DNA from: Comamonadaceae bacterium
Lineage (GTDB): Bacteria > Pseudomonadota > Gammaproteobacteria > Burkholderiales > Burkholderiaceae_C
DNA: 64,000 nucleotides
NCBI GenBank assembly: GCA_947373245.1
Contig: CANBWY010000003.1
Location: 1,093-65,092, forward strand
Reading direction: 5' to 3'
In this document: positions 1-10,285 of the stretch, in pieces
How the letters are laid out: each line of letters opens with the position of its first letter
Numbering within the stretch: the stretch's first letter is position 1
Position numbers and translations under genes: made by a program
The notes under the pieces: generated by a model
Databases searched by the model: none
Told to the model about the DNA's origin: nothing
The model's input: the letters and a program-made list of their open reading frames with translations, nothing else

Positions 1-84
1 GAAGCCTTCATCAAGCAGGCCAATGGCGCGGCACCCAAGAAAGTCATCGTCGTGCCTGGCCGCTTGGTCAACATCGTCGTTTAA
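1..84 (+). CDS. leuS: Leucine--tRNA ligase, C-terminal fragment (runs off the left edge)
   Basis: Frame 1 reads EAFIKQANGAAPKKVIVVPGRLVNIVV*, the typical LeuS C-terminus, in the conserved leuS-lptE-holA order. Confidence 0.93.
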   Translation, partial: EAFIKQANGAAPKKVIVVPGRLVNIVV

Positions 85-91
85 GGCCGCC

Positions 92-598
92 ATGCAAACC
101 ACACGCCGCGCTTGGTTGATGTCCACCGCCCTCGTTGCAGGGCTGGCGGGGTGTGGGTTCGAATTGCGCAAGCCATACAGCTATGCATTCAGCACCTTGT
201 ACAGCAGCATTCCCATCATGTCCCCCTTTGGCGTGAAACTCAGGCGCAACTTAGAGTCTTCGGGGCAGGTCAGTGTCATCACCGACGCTCGCCAGATCGA
301 GGAGGCGCAAGTCATCTTTGACCAGCTGTTTGAGCTGCGTGAAAAAGTGGTGGTGGGCCGTACGTCGACGGGTGCGATCAGTGAATACCAATTGCGCTTG
401 CGTTATCGCTTTCGTGTGCGTTCGCGCAACGGCATTGAGCTGATTCCCGATACAGAAATTTTGCTGGCACGGGACATCAACTTCAACGAAACGGCTGCCT
501 TGTCCAAAGAGTCGGAAGAGGCCTTGCTCTACCGGGACATGGAAGACGACTTGGTGCAACAAATCCAACGCCGCTTGGCCGCAATTCGTCAGGTCTAA
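92..598 (+). CDS. lptE: LPS assembly lipoprotein LptE
   Basis: Lipobox LAGC followed by GFELR; C-terminal EEALLYRDM..DLVQQI.RRL; lies between leuS and holA; start moved to ATG 92, after the leuS stop. Confidence 0.93.
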   Translation: MQTTRRAWLMSTALVAGLAGCGFELRKPYSYAFSTLYSSIPIMSPFGVKLRRNLESSGQVSVITDARQIEEAQVIFDQLFELREKVVVGRTSTGAISEYQLRLRYRFRVRSRNGIELIPDTEILLARDINFNETAALSKESEEALLYRDMEDDLVQQIQRRLAAIRQV

Positions 599-1669
599 AT
601 GCAAGTCGCCAGCGCTCAATTCGCCAACCACTTGCAAACGCAGGCAAGCAAAGGCTTGCGCAGCCTCTACACCTTTCATGGCGATGAGCCCTTGTTGCAG
701 CAAGAAGCGCTAGACGCTTTGCGCGCCACGGCGCGCGCGCAGGGCTACACCGAGCGCAGCGTCTACACCGTGGCGGGCGCGCACTTTGATTGGGGCGAGG
801 TGTTGGCCGCTGGCGGTGCCATGAGTTTGTTTGCTGATAAGCAACTGATTGAAATCCGTATTCCGTCTGGCAAACCTGGCAAAGAAGGCAGCACCGCCTT
901 GCAGCACATTGCGGAGTTGGCGGTGGGCAACGACAGCACCCTCACCGTGGTGCTGTTGCCGCGCCTGGACAAAACCACCAAAAGCGCGGCTTGGTTCAGC
1001 GCGCTAGAGAACAACGGCGTCAGCGTGCAGATTGACCCGGTTGAACGCCACGTGTTACCGACGTGGATTGCGCAGCGCTTGAGTGCGCAGCAGCAACGCG
1101 TCGCGTCTGGTGAGACCGGGCAGCACACGCTGCAATTTTTTGCCGAACGCGTGGAAGGCAACTTGTTGGCTGCCCACCAAGAAATACAAAAGCTCGCACT
1201 CTTGTACCCAGAGGGCGAGTTGAGCTTTGAGCAAGTCGAACGCGCGGTGCTGAACGTGGCGCGTTACGACGTGTTCAAGCTCGCCGAGGCGGTGCTCAGT
1301 GGCCAACCTTTGCGCGTGCAGCGCATGCTCGACGGCTTGAAGGCCGAGGGCGAGGCCGAGGTGCTGGTGCACTACACGCTGGCTGAAGAAATTCGCGCCT
1401 TAAAACGCGTCAAAGACGCCGTTGCTGCAGGCAAGGCTTTGCCCATGGCCCTGCGCGAGCAACGCATTTGGGGGCCACGCGAACGTTTGTTTGAGCGCGT
1501 GTTGCCGCGCTTGAGTGTCGGTTTGCTTGAAAAATTATTGCAATCGGCGCACCAAGTCGACGGCATTGTCAAAGGCTTGAAAACACCCGAGTGGCCAGCC
1601 GACAACTGGCAAGCCCTGCACCGTTTGGCCATGCGGCTGTGCCGCGCTTGTATGCCGCGCAACGCTTAA
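599..1669 (+). CDS. holA: DNA polymerase III subunit delta
   Basis: YTFHGDEPLL, MSLFADK and EGNLLAAHQEIQKL motifs; synteny. Confidence 0.95.
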   Translation: MQVASAQFANHLQTQASKGLRSLYTFHGDEPLLQQEALDALRATARAQGYTERSVYTVAGAHFDWGEVLAAGGAMSLFADKQLIEIRIPSGKPGKEGSTALQHIAELAVGNDSTLTVVLLPRLDKTTKSAAWFSALENNGVSVQIDPVERHVLPTWIAQRLSAQQQRVASGETGQHTLQFFAERVEGNLLAAHQEIQKLALLYPEGELSFEQVERAVLNVARYDVFKLAEAVLSGQPLRVQRMLDGLKAEGEAEVLVHYTLAEEIRALKRVKDAVAAGKALPMALREQRIWGPRERLFERVLPRLSVGLLEKLLQSAHQVDGIVKGLKTPEWPADNWQALHRLAMRLCRACMPRNA

Positions 1670-1684
1670 TTAGGAAACACACAC

Positions 1685-2965
1685 ATGACCACCTTCAACG
1701 TTGCCGAACACATGCAAACACTTGGCCAACAAGCCAAGACAGCATCTGCCCAAATGGCCAAAGCTTCTGCGGCGGTAAAAAATACCGCGCTGCGCAAGCT
1801 GGCCGCTTTGCTGCGTGCCAACATCGATGCCCTACAAATCGACAACGCCAAAGACATTGAGCGCGCCATCGCCGCAGGTTTGGATGCACCTATGGTGGAC
1901 CGCCTCAAACTGACGCCCAAAGTGTTGGAGACGTGCGCACAAGGCTGCGAACAACTGGCCGCCATGTCTGAAATGATTGGTGAAATCACCGGCTTGAAAG
2001 AGCAACCCAGCGGCATCCGTGTGGGCCAAATGCGCGTGCCCTTGGGTGTGTTTGGCATGATTTTCGAGAGCCGCCCCAACGTGACGATTGAAGCCGCATC
2101 GCTGTCTATCAAAAGCGGCAACGCCTGTATCTTGCGCGGTGGCTCAGAGGCAATTGAGTCCAACAAGGCCTTGGCCAAGTTGGTGCAGCAGGCCTTGATC
2201 GACAGTGGTCTGCCCATCGACGCCGTGCAGCTGGTGCAAACCACCGACCGCGAAGCTGTGGGCCACCTCATCGCCATGCCTGCGTTTGTGGACGTCATCA
2301 TTCCACGCGGCGGCAAGGGCTTGATCGAGCGCATCAGCCGCGACGCCAAAGTGCCCGTCATCAAACATTTGGATGGCAACTGCCACACCTATGTGGACGA
2401 CCCATGCGACATCGCCATGGCCGTCACCGTGGCGGACAACGCCAAGACCCAAAAGTACAGTCCTTGCAATGCCAGTGAAAGCTTGCTGGTCGCACGTGGC
2501 GTGGCGAAAGAATTTTTGTCCAAAATTGGTGAAATTTATGCAACCAAAGGCGTAGAGATGCGCTGTTGCTCAGAGGCTAAAACCATTCTCACCAGCATCC
2601 AAGGGGCCCAGCTCACAGACGCGACAGAGCAGGATTGGTTTGAGGAATACCTCGGCCCCATCATCAGCATCAAAGTGGTGGACGGCTTGGAGGCTGCCAT
2701 TGCCCACATCAACCATTACTCCAGCCACCACACCGACGCCATCTTGACGCGCGACCACATGCATGCCCAGCAGTTTTTGCGTGAGGTGGACTCCTCCAGC
2801 GTCATGGTCAACACCAGCACCCGCTTTGCGGATGGGTTTGAGTATGGTCTGGGCGCTGAAATCGGTATTTCAACCGACAAATTCCATGCCCGTGGGCCTG
2901 TCGGGATTGAAGGCCTGACTTCGTTGAAATACGTGGTCTTGGGGCAGGGCGAAATCCGTAATTAG
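1685..2965 (+). CDS. proA: Glutamate-5-semialdehyde dehydrogenase
   Basis: [53 protein letters not shown]. Confidence 0.97.
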   Translation: MTTFNVAEHMQTLGQQAKTASAQMAKASAAVKNTALRKLAALLRANIDALQIDNAKDIERAIAAGLDAPMVDRLKLTPKVLETCAQGCEQLAAMSEMIGEITGLKEQPSGIRVGQMRVPLGVFGMIFESRPNVTIEAASLSIKSGNACILRGGSEAIESNKALAKLVQQALIDSGLPIDAVQLVQTTDREAVGHLIAMPAFVDVIIPRGGKGLIERISRDAKVPVIKHLDGNCHTYVDDPCDIAMAVTVADNAKTQKYSPCNASESLLVARGVAKEFLSKIGEIYATKGVEMRCCSEAKTILTSIQGAQLTDATEQDWFEEYLGPIISIKVVDGLEAAIAHINHYSSHHTDAILTRDHMHAQQFLREVDSSSVMVNTSTRFADGFEYGLGAEIGISTDKFHARGPVGIEGLTSLKYVVLGQGEIRN

Positions 2966-3045
2966 GTCTTTTTTGACACTTGTCAGCTTGGTGCTGGCGG
3001 TGTCACCTTAAGGTCCTAGAATCGCCACTCACACACAAGGACACT

Positions 3046-4341
3046 ATGGTTCCGCATCTCATCACGGCCCTGACCGGCCCCATCAACGAACTTGAGCAAC
3101 GCATCCTCGATTCCATGCCTGCCATTGAGCGCTGGTTTCGTTTGGAATGGATGGAGCACACGCCCCCGTTCTACAGCTCGGTTGACATTCGCAATGCGGG
3201 TTTCAAACTCGCCCCTGTTGACACCAACCTCTACCCGGGCGGCTGGAACAACCTCACGCCCGAGATGCTGCCGCTGGCCGTGCAAGCCGCGATGGCCGCG
3301 ATTGAAAAGATCTGCCCCGAAGCGCGCAACCTGCTCTTGATTCCTGAGAACCACACGCGCAACACTTTCTATTTGTCCAACGTGGCACAGCTGCAGCGCA
3401 TCTTCCACATGGCGGGTTTGAATGTGCGCCTTGGTTCGATCAACCCCGAGATCAAAGAGAGCACCACCATCGACTTGCCCAATGGCGACAGCGTCACGTT
3501 GGAGCCTGTCATTCGCAGCAAACGTCGTTTGGGTTTGAAAGACTTTGACCCCTGCACGATTTTGCTCAACAACGATTTGAGCGCTGGCATTCCCGGCATC
3601 TTGGAAGATTTGCACGAACAATACCTGCTGCCACCGCTGCACGCGGGCTGGAGCGTGCGCCGCAAGAGCAAACATTTTGCGTGTTACGAAGAGGTGGCCA
3701 AACGGTTTGGTAAGTTGCTGGGCATTGACCCGTGGCTGATCAACCCGATGTTCAACCAGTGCGGCGAAGTTAACTTTGCCGCAGGCACGGGCATGGAATG
3801 CTTGCAAACCAATGTCGATGCTTTGCTCACCAAGATCAAGCGCAAATACAAAGAGTACGGCATCAACGAAAAACCGTTTGTGATTGTCAAGGCCGACAAC
3901 GGCACCTATGGCATGGGCATCATGACCGTGCGCGACGTCAAAGACTTGGACGCCCTCAACCGCAGAACACGCAACAAAATGAGCGTGGTCAAAGACGGGC
4001 AAGAGTTGAACCAAGTCATCATTCAAGAAGGTGTGCTCACGCACGAGCGCTTGAACGATGCCGTGGCCGAACCCGTGGTCTACATGATGGACCGCTATGT
4101 GGTGGGTGGTTTTTACCGCGTGCACGCAGACCGTGGCATTGATGAAAACTTGAACGCACCTGGCGCGAGCTTTGTGCCTTTGGCCTTCGAGCAAAGTGCG
4201 CACACCCCCCAGCCTGGCATGAAGCCCGGCGCGAGTACGCCGAACCGCTTTTATATGTATGGCGTCATTGGTCGCTTGGCCATGCTGGCCGCGAGTTACG
4301 AACTCGAAGCGACCGATCCTGAAGCTGAAAATTACGACTGA
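3046..4341 (+). CDS. gshA: Glutamate--cysteine ligase (GshA, betaproteobacterial type)
   Basis: [37 protein letters not shown]; AAGGA RBS before ATG 3046; near gshB. Confidence 0.93.
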   Translation: MVPHLITALTGPINELEQRILDSMPAIERWFRLEWMEHTPPFYSSVDIRNAGFKLAPVDTNLYPGGWNNLTPEMLPLAVQAAMAAIEKICPEARNLLLIPENHTRNTFYLSNVAQLQRIFHMAGLNVRLGSINPEIKESTTIDLPNGDSVTLEPVIRSKRRLGLKDFDPCTILLNNDLSAGIPGILEDLHEQYLLPPLHAGWSVRRKSKHFACYEEVAKRFGKLLGIDPWLINPMFNQCGEVNFAAGTGMECLQTNVDALLTKIKRKYKEYGINEKPFVIVKADNGTYGMGIMTVRDVKDLDALNRRTRNKMSVVKDGQELNQVIIQEGVLTHERLNDAVAEPVVYMMDRYVVGGFYRVHADRGIDENLNAPGASFVPLAFEQSAHTPQPGMKPGASTPNRFYMYGVIGRLAMLAASYELEATDPEAENYD

Positions 4342-4349
4342 GGTTACGC

Positions 4350-6221
4350 ATGGAAGAACACGGAAAATCGTCGCTTGCTGCGCTCACGCTGGGCGCCATT
4401 GGCGTCGTGTATGGTGATATCGGCACTTCGCCTTTGTATGCCTTCAAAGAGGTTTTTGCGAGTGCGCACGTGCCCATCAATGAAGCGAACATTCTTGGCG
4501 TGCTGTCCTTGTTCTTTTGGACATTGACCATCATCGTCTCGGTGAAATATGTGGCGCTCATCATGCGTGCCGACAACCAAGGCGAGGGCGGTTTGATGTC
4601 CTTGCTCGCGTTGGCCTCGCAGGCGGTCAAAGACTCGCCGCGTGCGCACCAAGTGCTGCTGATCATGGGCGTTTTTGGGGTGGCCTTGTTCTTTGGGGAC
4701 GGGGTGATCACGCCGGCCATTTCAGTGCTTTCTGCCGTGGAGGGCCTCGAAATTGTGACCCCTGAGGCCAAGCCCTACGTGGTGCCAATTTCTTTGGTCG
4801 TGTTGGCCATGCTTTTTTTAATGCAGCGTCGTGGCACAGCGGACATTGGCAAACTGTTTGGGCCCATCATGGTGGTGTGGTTTGTTGTCATTGGGTATTT
4901 CGGCTTGGTGTCGGTGCTGCAAAACCCGGATGTGTTGGTTGCGGTGAATCCCGTGCATGCGATTCGATTTGGCATCGAGAACCGAGGCCTCGCCTTTCTC
5001 ACCTTGGGTGCCGTTTTCTTGTGCGTGACGGGGGCAGAAGCCTTGTATGCCGATATGGGGCACTTCGGGAAAAAACCGATTCAATTGGCTTGGTTCTATA
5101 TGGTCATGCCGATGCTGATGCTCAATTACTTTGGCCAAGGCGCTTTGGTGTTGAGCAACCCCGCGGCGGTTGAAAACCCTTTCTTCTTGTTGCTCCCAGA
5201 TTGGTCTTTGTTGCCAATGGTGGTGTTGGCCACTGCCGCCACGGTGATTGCCTCCCAAGCCTTGATCTCGGGTGCTTTTTCCGCCACCAAGCAAACCATA
5301 CAACTGGGTTTTTTGCCGCGCATGAGCATCTTGCACACTTCCATCAAGGAAACCGGGCAAATTTATTTGCCCGCCGTCAACTGGACCTTGTTCGCTGGCG
5401 TCGTGCTGTCGGTCACTTTGTTTGGTTCGTCCACCGCCTTGGCTGCGGCTTATGGCATCTCGGTCAGCTTGGTGATGGTGATCACGACGTTGATGACTTA
5501 CTTTGTGATCCGTCATGGCTGGGGCTACCCCCTGTGGATCTGTATCCCTGCCACTGCCACGTTTTTAGTCGTTGACGTAGGGTTCTTCATCTCTAACTCT
5601 TTGAAGTTTCTGCAAGGCGGCTGGTTCCCTATCGTCATGGCGCTGGCGCTGTTCACGATGTTGGCCACTTGGAAAGAAGGTCGCCGTCTGTTGAAGCTGG
5701 CCGTGAGCACCCACGGCATGGAGCTGTCCACCTTCTTGTCTTCCGTGTTTGCACACCCACCCACGCGGGTTGAAGGCACGGCGGTTTTCTTGACGGCAGA
5801 GTCCGATACGGTGCCCAATGCCATTCTTCACAACCTCAAGCACAACAAGGTGTTGCATGCGCAAAACTTGTTTGTCACTGTGCGTAGCCATGAGGTGCCA
5901 TGGATTGATGTATCCAAGAGAATAGAGGCCGAGTCTCTCGGCAACGATTGCTGGAAGATTTACCTGAATTACGGCTTCAAAGATGACCCAGATGTGCCAA
6001 GTGGCTTGGCCTTGTTGAACGGCAAAGGCTGTGACATCAATCCCATGACCACCAGTTACTTCTTGTCACGCGACCGCGTGGTACCTACTGTGGGAGGTGG
6101 CATGGCGGATTGGCGCGAAAAACTGTTTGCTCAGATGCACCTCAATGCCAGCTCTGCGGCAGACTTTTTGAACCTGCCTAGCAATTCCGTGGTGGAGTTG
6201 GGCAGCAAGATCGAAATTTAA
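4350..6221 (+). CDS. kup: Potassium transporter Kup
   Basis: [51 protein letters not shown]. Confidence 0.96.
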   Translation: MEEHGKSSLAALTLGAIGVVYGDIGTSPLYAFKEVFASAHVPINEANILGVLSLFFWTLTIIVSVKYVALIMRADNQGEGGLMSLLALASQAVKDSPRAHQVLLIMGVFGVALFFGDGVITPAISVLSAVEGLEIVTPEAKPYVVPISLVVLAMLFLMQRRGTADIGKLFGPIMVVWFVVIGYFGLVSVLQNPDVLVAVNPVHAIRFGIENRGLAFLTLGAVFLCVTGAEALYADMGHFGKKPIQLAWFYMVMPMLMLNYFGQGALVLSNPAAVENPFFLLLPDWSLLPMVVLATAATVIASQALISGAFSATKQTIQLGFLPRMSILHTSIKETGQIYLPAVNWTLFAGVVLSVTLFGSSTALAAAYGISVSLVMVITTLMTYFVIRHGWGYPLWICIPATATFLVVDVGFFISNSLKFLQGGWFPIVMALALFTMLATWKEGRRLLKLAVSTHGMELSTFLSSVFAHPPTRVEGTAVFLTAESDTVPNAILHNLKHNKVLHAQNLFVTVRSHEVPWIDVSKRIEAESLGNDCWKIYLNYGFKDDPDVPSGLALLNGKGCDINPMTTSYFLSRDRVVPTVGGGMADWREKLFAQMHLNASSAADFLNLPSNSVVELGSKIEI

Positions 6222-6224
6222 GCC

Positions 6225-7175
6225 ATGCAAATTCTGTTCATCACCGACCCCCTCGCGTCTTTCAAAATTTACAAAGACAGCACCTTTGCGATGATGCGTG
6301 AAGCACAGCGCCGTGGCCATGAGGTGATGGCTTGCGAGCGTAAAGATCTGATTTGGCAAAGTGGCCAGTCCGTCAAAGCGCGGGTCAAGCGCTTGCGCCT
6401 CACGGGCGAGGATGACATTTGGTTTGAAGTGCATGGCGTTCTTGACGCCTGTGCCCTGCACTCGGTGGGCTGCGTGGTGATGCGCCAAGACCCCCCGTTT
6501 GACAGCGAGTACTTCTACGCCACGCATTTGCTGGAGCAAGCTGAGCGCGAGGGCGCTCAGGTGTTCAACAAGCCGCGCGCCTTGCGCGACCATCCCGAAA
6601 AATTAGCCATCCTAGAGTTTGCGCAATTCATCAGCCCCACCTTGGTGACGCGCAATCTGGATGCCGTGCGGGCTTTTCACAAACACCACCGCGACATCAT
6701 CTTGAAGCCCCTCGACGGCATGGGCGGCACTGGTATTTTTCGCGTCAAAGACGACAACTTGAACCTCGGCGCCATCATCGAAATGCTCACGCATGACGGT
6801 ACACAAACGGTGATGGTGCAAAAGTTCATCCCCGAGATTGACCAGGGCGACAAGCGCGTGTTGGTGATTGGTGGCCAGGTTGTGCCTTATGCCTTGGCGC
6901 GTATCCCGCAAGGCGGCGAGGTGCGTGGTAACTTGGCCGCAGGCGGCAAAGGCGTGGCACAAGCGCTGTCGGCGCGAGACCGGGAAATCGCGGAAAGCCT
7001 AGGCCCTGTGTTGGCTGAACGCGGCTTGCTGCTCGTGGGCTTGGATGTGATTGGCAACTGCTTGACTGAAATCAACGTCACCAGCCCCACGTGTTTTCAA
7101 GAAATCTTCGATCAGACCGGCTTTGATGTGGCGGCCATGTTCGTGGACGCACTGGAAGCCGCGGCGACGGCTTGA
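6225..7175 (+). CDS. gshB: Glutathione synthetase
   Basis: KDSTFAMMREAQRRG, MRQDPPFD, KPLDGMGG, EINVTSPT. Confidence 0.96.
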   Translation: MQILFITDPLASFKIYKDSTFAMMREAQRRGHEVMACERKDLIWQSGQSVKARVKRLRLTGEDDIWFEVHGVLDACALHSVGCVVMRQDPPFDSEYFYATHLLEQAEREGAQVFNKPRALRDHPEKLAILEFAQFISPTLVTRNLDAVRAFHKHHRDIILKPLDGMGGTGIFRVKDDNLNLGAIIEMLTHDGTQTVMVQKFIPEIDQGDKRVLVIGGQVVPYALARIPQGGEVRGNLAAGGKGVAQALSARDREIAESLGPVLAERGLLLVGLDVIGNCLTEINVTSPTCFQEIFDQTGFDVAAMFVDALEAAATA

Positions 7176-7936
7176 CCGCCCACAAATACTTTGAGTTCAC
7201 CCGGCACAAACGGGGTCCACACTTCGTTGGTGGTCAGCGGCGCGGTCACCACCACGGCCACGCGGTCATCGGGGTTGGCGAATTCTGCGAAGTTAATGCT
7301 CAAGTCCTGATCGCTCAAGGTCGCTGTGGCAAATGGGTGCTGTCGCTCGATGTACCAAAGCTGGGTTGAGGCGTGTGCCCACAGCGCTTGCCCGTTGGAC
7401 AGCAAAAAATTGAAGGTCCCGTGTGTGGCAATGTGGGGCACCAATTCTTGCAATGTCAATGTGAGCTCTGCGATGGACGGCACACTCGCGTGCGACTTCG
7501 CCAACTCTTGCATCAACCAACAAAATGCCCGCTCGCTGTCGGTGTGACCCACGGGTTTGAAGTTGCCGTGCAAGCGCGGCGCGTAGTGTTCTAGGTTGCC
7601 GTTGTGTGCAAACACCCAATAGCGCCCCCACAACTCGCGCACAAAGGGGTGGCAGTTCTCCAGCGACACCGCGCCTTGGGTTGCTTTGCGAATGTGTGCA
7701 ATGACGTTGCGACTTTTGATGGGGTATTTGCGAATCAGTTCGGCCACAGGCGAGGTGCTGGCTGGCAAGTGGTCAATGAAGAGACGCAAGCCCCGATCGG
7801 TTTCTGTGCCCTCAAAAAACGCAATGCCCCAGCCATCGGCGTGGCTGTCGGTCACGCCGGCGCGCTGCGCGAAGCCGCTGAAGCTGAAAGTCGCGTCGGT
7901 GGGGTTGTTGCAATTGAGTCCTAGCAGTTGGCACAT
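7112..7936 (-). CDS. Class II glutamine amidotransferase (YafJ/EgtC/Dug3-like)
   Basis: Starts MCQLLG (N-terminal nucleophile Cys2); HADGWGIAFF, AHIRKAT, NCHPF, FAHNG, TDSERAF. Confidence 0.9.
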   Translation of the reverse strand: MCQLLGLNCNNPTDATFSFSGFAQRAGVTDSHADGWGIAFFEGTETDRGLRLFIDHLPASTSPVAELIRKYPIKSRNVIAHIRKATQGAVSLENCHPFVRELWGRYWVFAHNGNLEHYAPRLHGNFKPVGHTDSERAFCWLMQELAKSHASVPSIAELTLTLQELVPHIATHGTFNFLLSNGQALWAHASTQLWYIERQHPFATATLSDQDLSINFAEFANPDDRVAVVVTAPLTTNEVWTPFVPGELKVFVGGQAVAAASSASTNMAATSKPV

Positions 7937-7946
7937 GGTGGGCCCT

Positions 7947-9422
7947 TCAATCGAGAGAGGCAGGTGTGTGGTGGTGGGGCTCGCGGATGTGCCAGGCCGC
8001 CAAAAGTGCCAGCGCACACACCGAGGCGAGGATCACAAACACATCGTCAAACGCAGCCAGTCGCGCCGCAGAGGGTGCGCTGTTGGTGAGGCTCTCACCA
8101 TGCACCGCCAACCGCCACTCCAACAAAATACCGCACAAACTCACCCCGCTGGCGCCACCCAGCATGCGTAAAAAATTAATGGCACTCGCGCCTTGGGGAA
8201 CCCAGTTTTTATCCAACGACCGCATGGCCCCGATGTTGAGCGAGGGCAAAATAAAGCCCAAGCCAATGCGCCCCAAAATCGCAAAAACGACCAGCACCCA
8301 CAAGGCGGTTTGTAAATTCACCACCAGCATGAGGGCGAATGACATGGCCAGCAAGACAAGTCCGAAACTCACCAACAAATGCGTGGGGTGCGTGCTGGAA
8401 TAGCGGCCCACGATGGCAATCGTGAAGGCCAACAACAAACCCGAGGGCAGCATCAAGGTGCCAACGTGGCTGGGCGACAAGCCCAAGCCGAGTTGCAAGT
8501 ACACCGGAATCAAATACGTCGAGCCAAACATGGCGATGCCGTAAATGAACGCCACCATGGTGCCCATGGCAAACGGGCGGTGGGTGAACAAAGCCAGGTT
8601 CATCAAGGGCGATTCGCCGTGGGTCATTTGCATGCGCTGCCAAGCGATGAAGCTTGCAATGCAGGCTAGCGCAGCGCCCATCAGCAAGAAGGCCCCTAAA
8701 TAATGACCGCTGTGCAGCATGACCAAGCCGTTCAGCAAACACAGCGTGCCCGCAGCTGCGAGTAGCAACCCGCGCCAATCCAGCGTGGGCTTGCCGTGGT
8801 TGGCGCTCACCCCGCCTGGCGCCGTGGTGGGCACATAACGTACCGCCATCCACAGGGAGGCGATGCAAAACGGCACCACCATAAAAAACAGCGAACGCCA
8901 ACTGAGCAAATCGACCAACAAGCCACCAATGCTCGGACCAATGGCGGGGGCCAACACCACACCCATGCCAAAAAAACTGTTCGCGCGACCTTGTTCGGAG
9001 GTGTCAAAAGCCCGCAAGATGATGATGGCGGGGATGGGTTGCACCACGCCAGCCGCCAAACCTTCGGCCACGCGGGCGATGAGCACCAAGTTGTAATCGG
9101 CCGACAGGCCGCCAGCGATGCCGCCGAGCATGAGCAACACCATGCACGCCATGTAGGTCATGCGGTAGCCGAAACGCGCCAGCAACCAAGGCGTGGTCAG
9201 CATCGACACGGTCATCGCCACCATGAAGCTCGAACTCACCCACTGCGCTTGGTCTTGGCCGATGCCAAACTGCAAGCTCATGTCTGGGATGCCCACGTTC
9301 ATGATGGTGGACGACATGATGGCGGCCATAGAGCCAATCATCACGGTGGTCAACATCAGCCAACGGTGACGGGTACCGTAGCGACCTTGCAACTCGGCCA
9401 GTGAACCGCGCTCAGCCGTCAT
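7947..9422 (-). CDS. DHA2 (EmrB/QacA-like) MFS efflux transporter
   Basis: About 14 hydrophobic segments; motif-C-like GVVLAPAIGPSIGGLL; ATG 9422 overlaps the stop of the upstream CWC gene. Confidence 0.88.
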   Translation of the reverse strand: MTAERGSLAELQGRYGTRHRWLMLTTVMIGSMAAIMSSTIMNVGIPDMSLQFGIGQDQAQWVSSSFMVAMTVSMLTTPWLLARFGYRMTYMACMVLLMLGGIAGGLSADYNLVLIARVAEGLAAGVVQPIPAIIILRAFDTSEQGRANSFFGMGVVLAPAIGPSIGGLLVDLLSWRSLFFMVVPFCIASLWMAVRYVPTTAPGGVSANHGKPTLDWRGLLLAAAGTLCLLNGLVMLHSGHYLGAFLLMGAALACIASFIAWQRMQMTHGESPLMNLALFTHRPFAMGTMVAFIYGIAMFGSTYLIPVYLQLGLGLSPSHVGTLMLPSGLLLAFTIAIVGRYSSTHPTHLLVSFGLVLLAMSFALMLVVNLQTALWVLVVFAILGRIGLGFILPSLNIGAMRSLDKNWVPQGASAINFLRMLGGASGVSLCGILLEWRLAVHGESLTNSAPSAARLAAFDDVFVILASVCALALLAAWHIREPHHHTPASLD

Positions 9423-9649
9423 GCCTGATCCTGCGCTGCGCAGGCCTGACAAATACACGCTTGGCGTTGCGCCGCAGCGGGAACGCGCGCGATCAACTCG
9501 GGCGAAAACGCCACCGTCACACACCAGCAGGCGGCGACGGCTTGCCCGGTTTGTTTGGCGACTTCCATGGCGCATTGGTTGGGCTGGCCGCACAGCGGGC
9601 AGGCGCCGGGGTCTAAGGGTGCTGGAGGGGCGGGCATGTGGGAATGCAT
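9419..9649 (-). CDS. Small cysteine-rich CWC-family protein
   Basis: CPLCGQPNQC...CWC...CICQAC pattern; TACACT -10-like hexamer 7 nt upstream of ATG 9649. Confidence 0.8.
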   Translation of the reverse strand: MHSHMPAPPAPLDPGACPLCGQPNQCAMEVAKQTGQAVAACWCVTVAFSPELIARVPAAAQRQACICQACAAQDQA

Positions 9650-9769
9650 GGCGTTCAGTGTAGCGAGACAGACAAGGAGCAACTCAAATCCGTAGGTATG
9701 AATTCTTTTCAACGCCTCCAGCCGCACCCGCTGTCAGCAAGCGCCGTTTAAACGCCAACGCTGAAGGCT

Positions 9770-10165
9770 TTATTCGCCAGGCGCTGGCGTGACTTTGGAG
9801 ATGAAATATTCGGTCTCGCCAAAGCAGCTAGGCAAGCCTTTGTGTTGTTCGTATGCGATGACCACTTTTTGGCCAATGTGCGCGTTGATTTGATCAGCCA
9901 CGGCGTTGTCGCGCACGGTGAAGGCAAACTTTTCAGGAATTGCGGGCATCGTGGCCAAGGCGCGCACTTGCTCGCCTTCCCATGACTTGCACACCCAACC
10001 TTTGTAAGACAGCTTTTGCACATAGCCCACGCTCTCGCCCTTGGAGTAGGTGAAGTGGTACGAGAACAGCAGGTACAGGCTGAGCGCGATGACCACGGTC
10101 AACGCCAAACCGATCACGGTGCGCAGCGCGAAGCGAAGGGTGTTGCTGATGAAGGGATGTGTCAT
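9770..10165 (-). CDS. Conserved hypothetical membrane-anchored protein (YSxG..G.VQKLS.KGW.CK.WEGE family)
   Basis: One N-terminal TM helix, then a soluble domain with CKSWEGE and F.FTVRD; no Rossmann motif. Confidence 0.75.
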   Translation of the reverse strand: MTHPFISNTLRFALRTVIGLALTVVIALSLYLLFSYHFTYSKGESVGYVQKLSYKGWVCKSWEGEQVRALATMPAIPEKFAFTVRDNAVADQINAHIGQKVVIAYEQHKGLPSCFGETEYFISKVTPAPGE

Positions 10166-10216
10166 GGTGTTTGGGCCGTTGATAAGTGGGATGCTGGAAT
10201 CATAGTTTGCTGCACA

Positions 10217-10250
10217 CACAAAAACGGCTCCCGAAGGAGCCGTTTTTGTG
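10217..10250 (-). terminator. Intrinsic (likely bidirectional) terminator downstream of glcB
   Basis: CACAAAAACGGCTCC-CGAA-GGAGCCGTTTTTGTG perfect hairpin containing A/T tracts. Confidence 0.85.
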
Positions 10251-10285
10251 CACGTCACTTGACGTGATAAGCCTCACCCGTTTTG

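Noticed and set aside
7947-9593. Long N-terminal extensions in the ORF track (MFS to 9593; also lptE from 23, gshA from 2980, rpoN from 22923, pgpA to 27680, activator to 47856)
   Set aside because: They overlap neighbouring genes or promoters; downstream starts with an RBS or translational coupling fit the family N-termini better.
9698-9751. 17-codon ORF (MNSFQRLQPHPLSASAV) after an AAGGAG
   Set aside because: The SD is too far (about 18 nt) from the ATG and there is no informative motif; cannot be supported.
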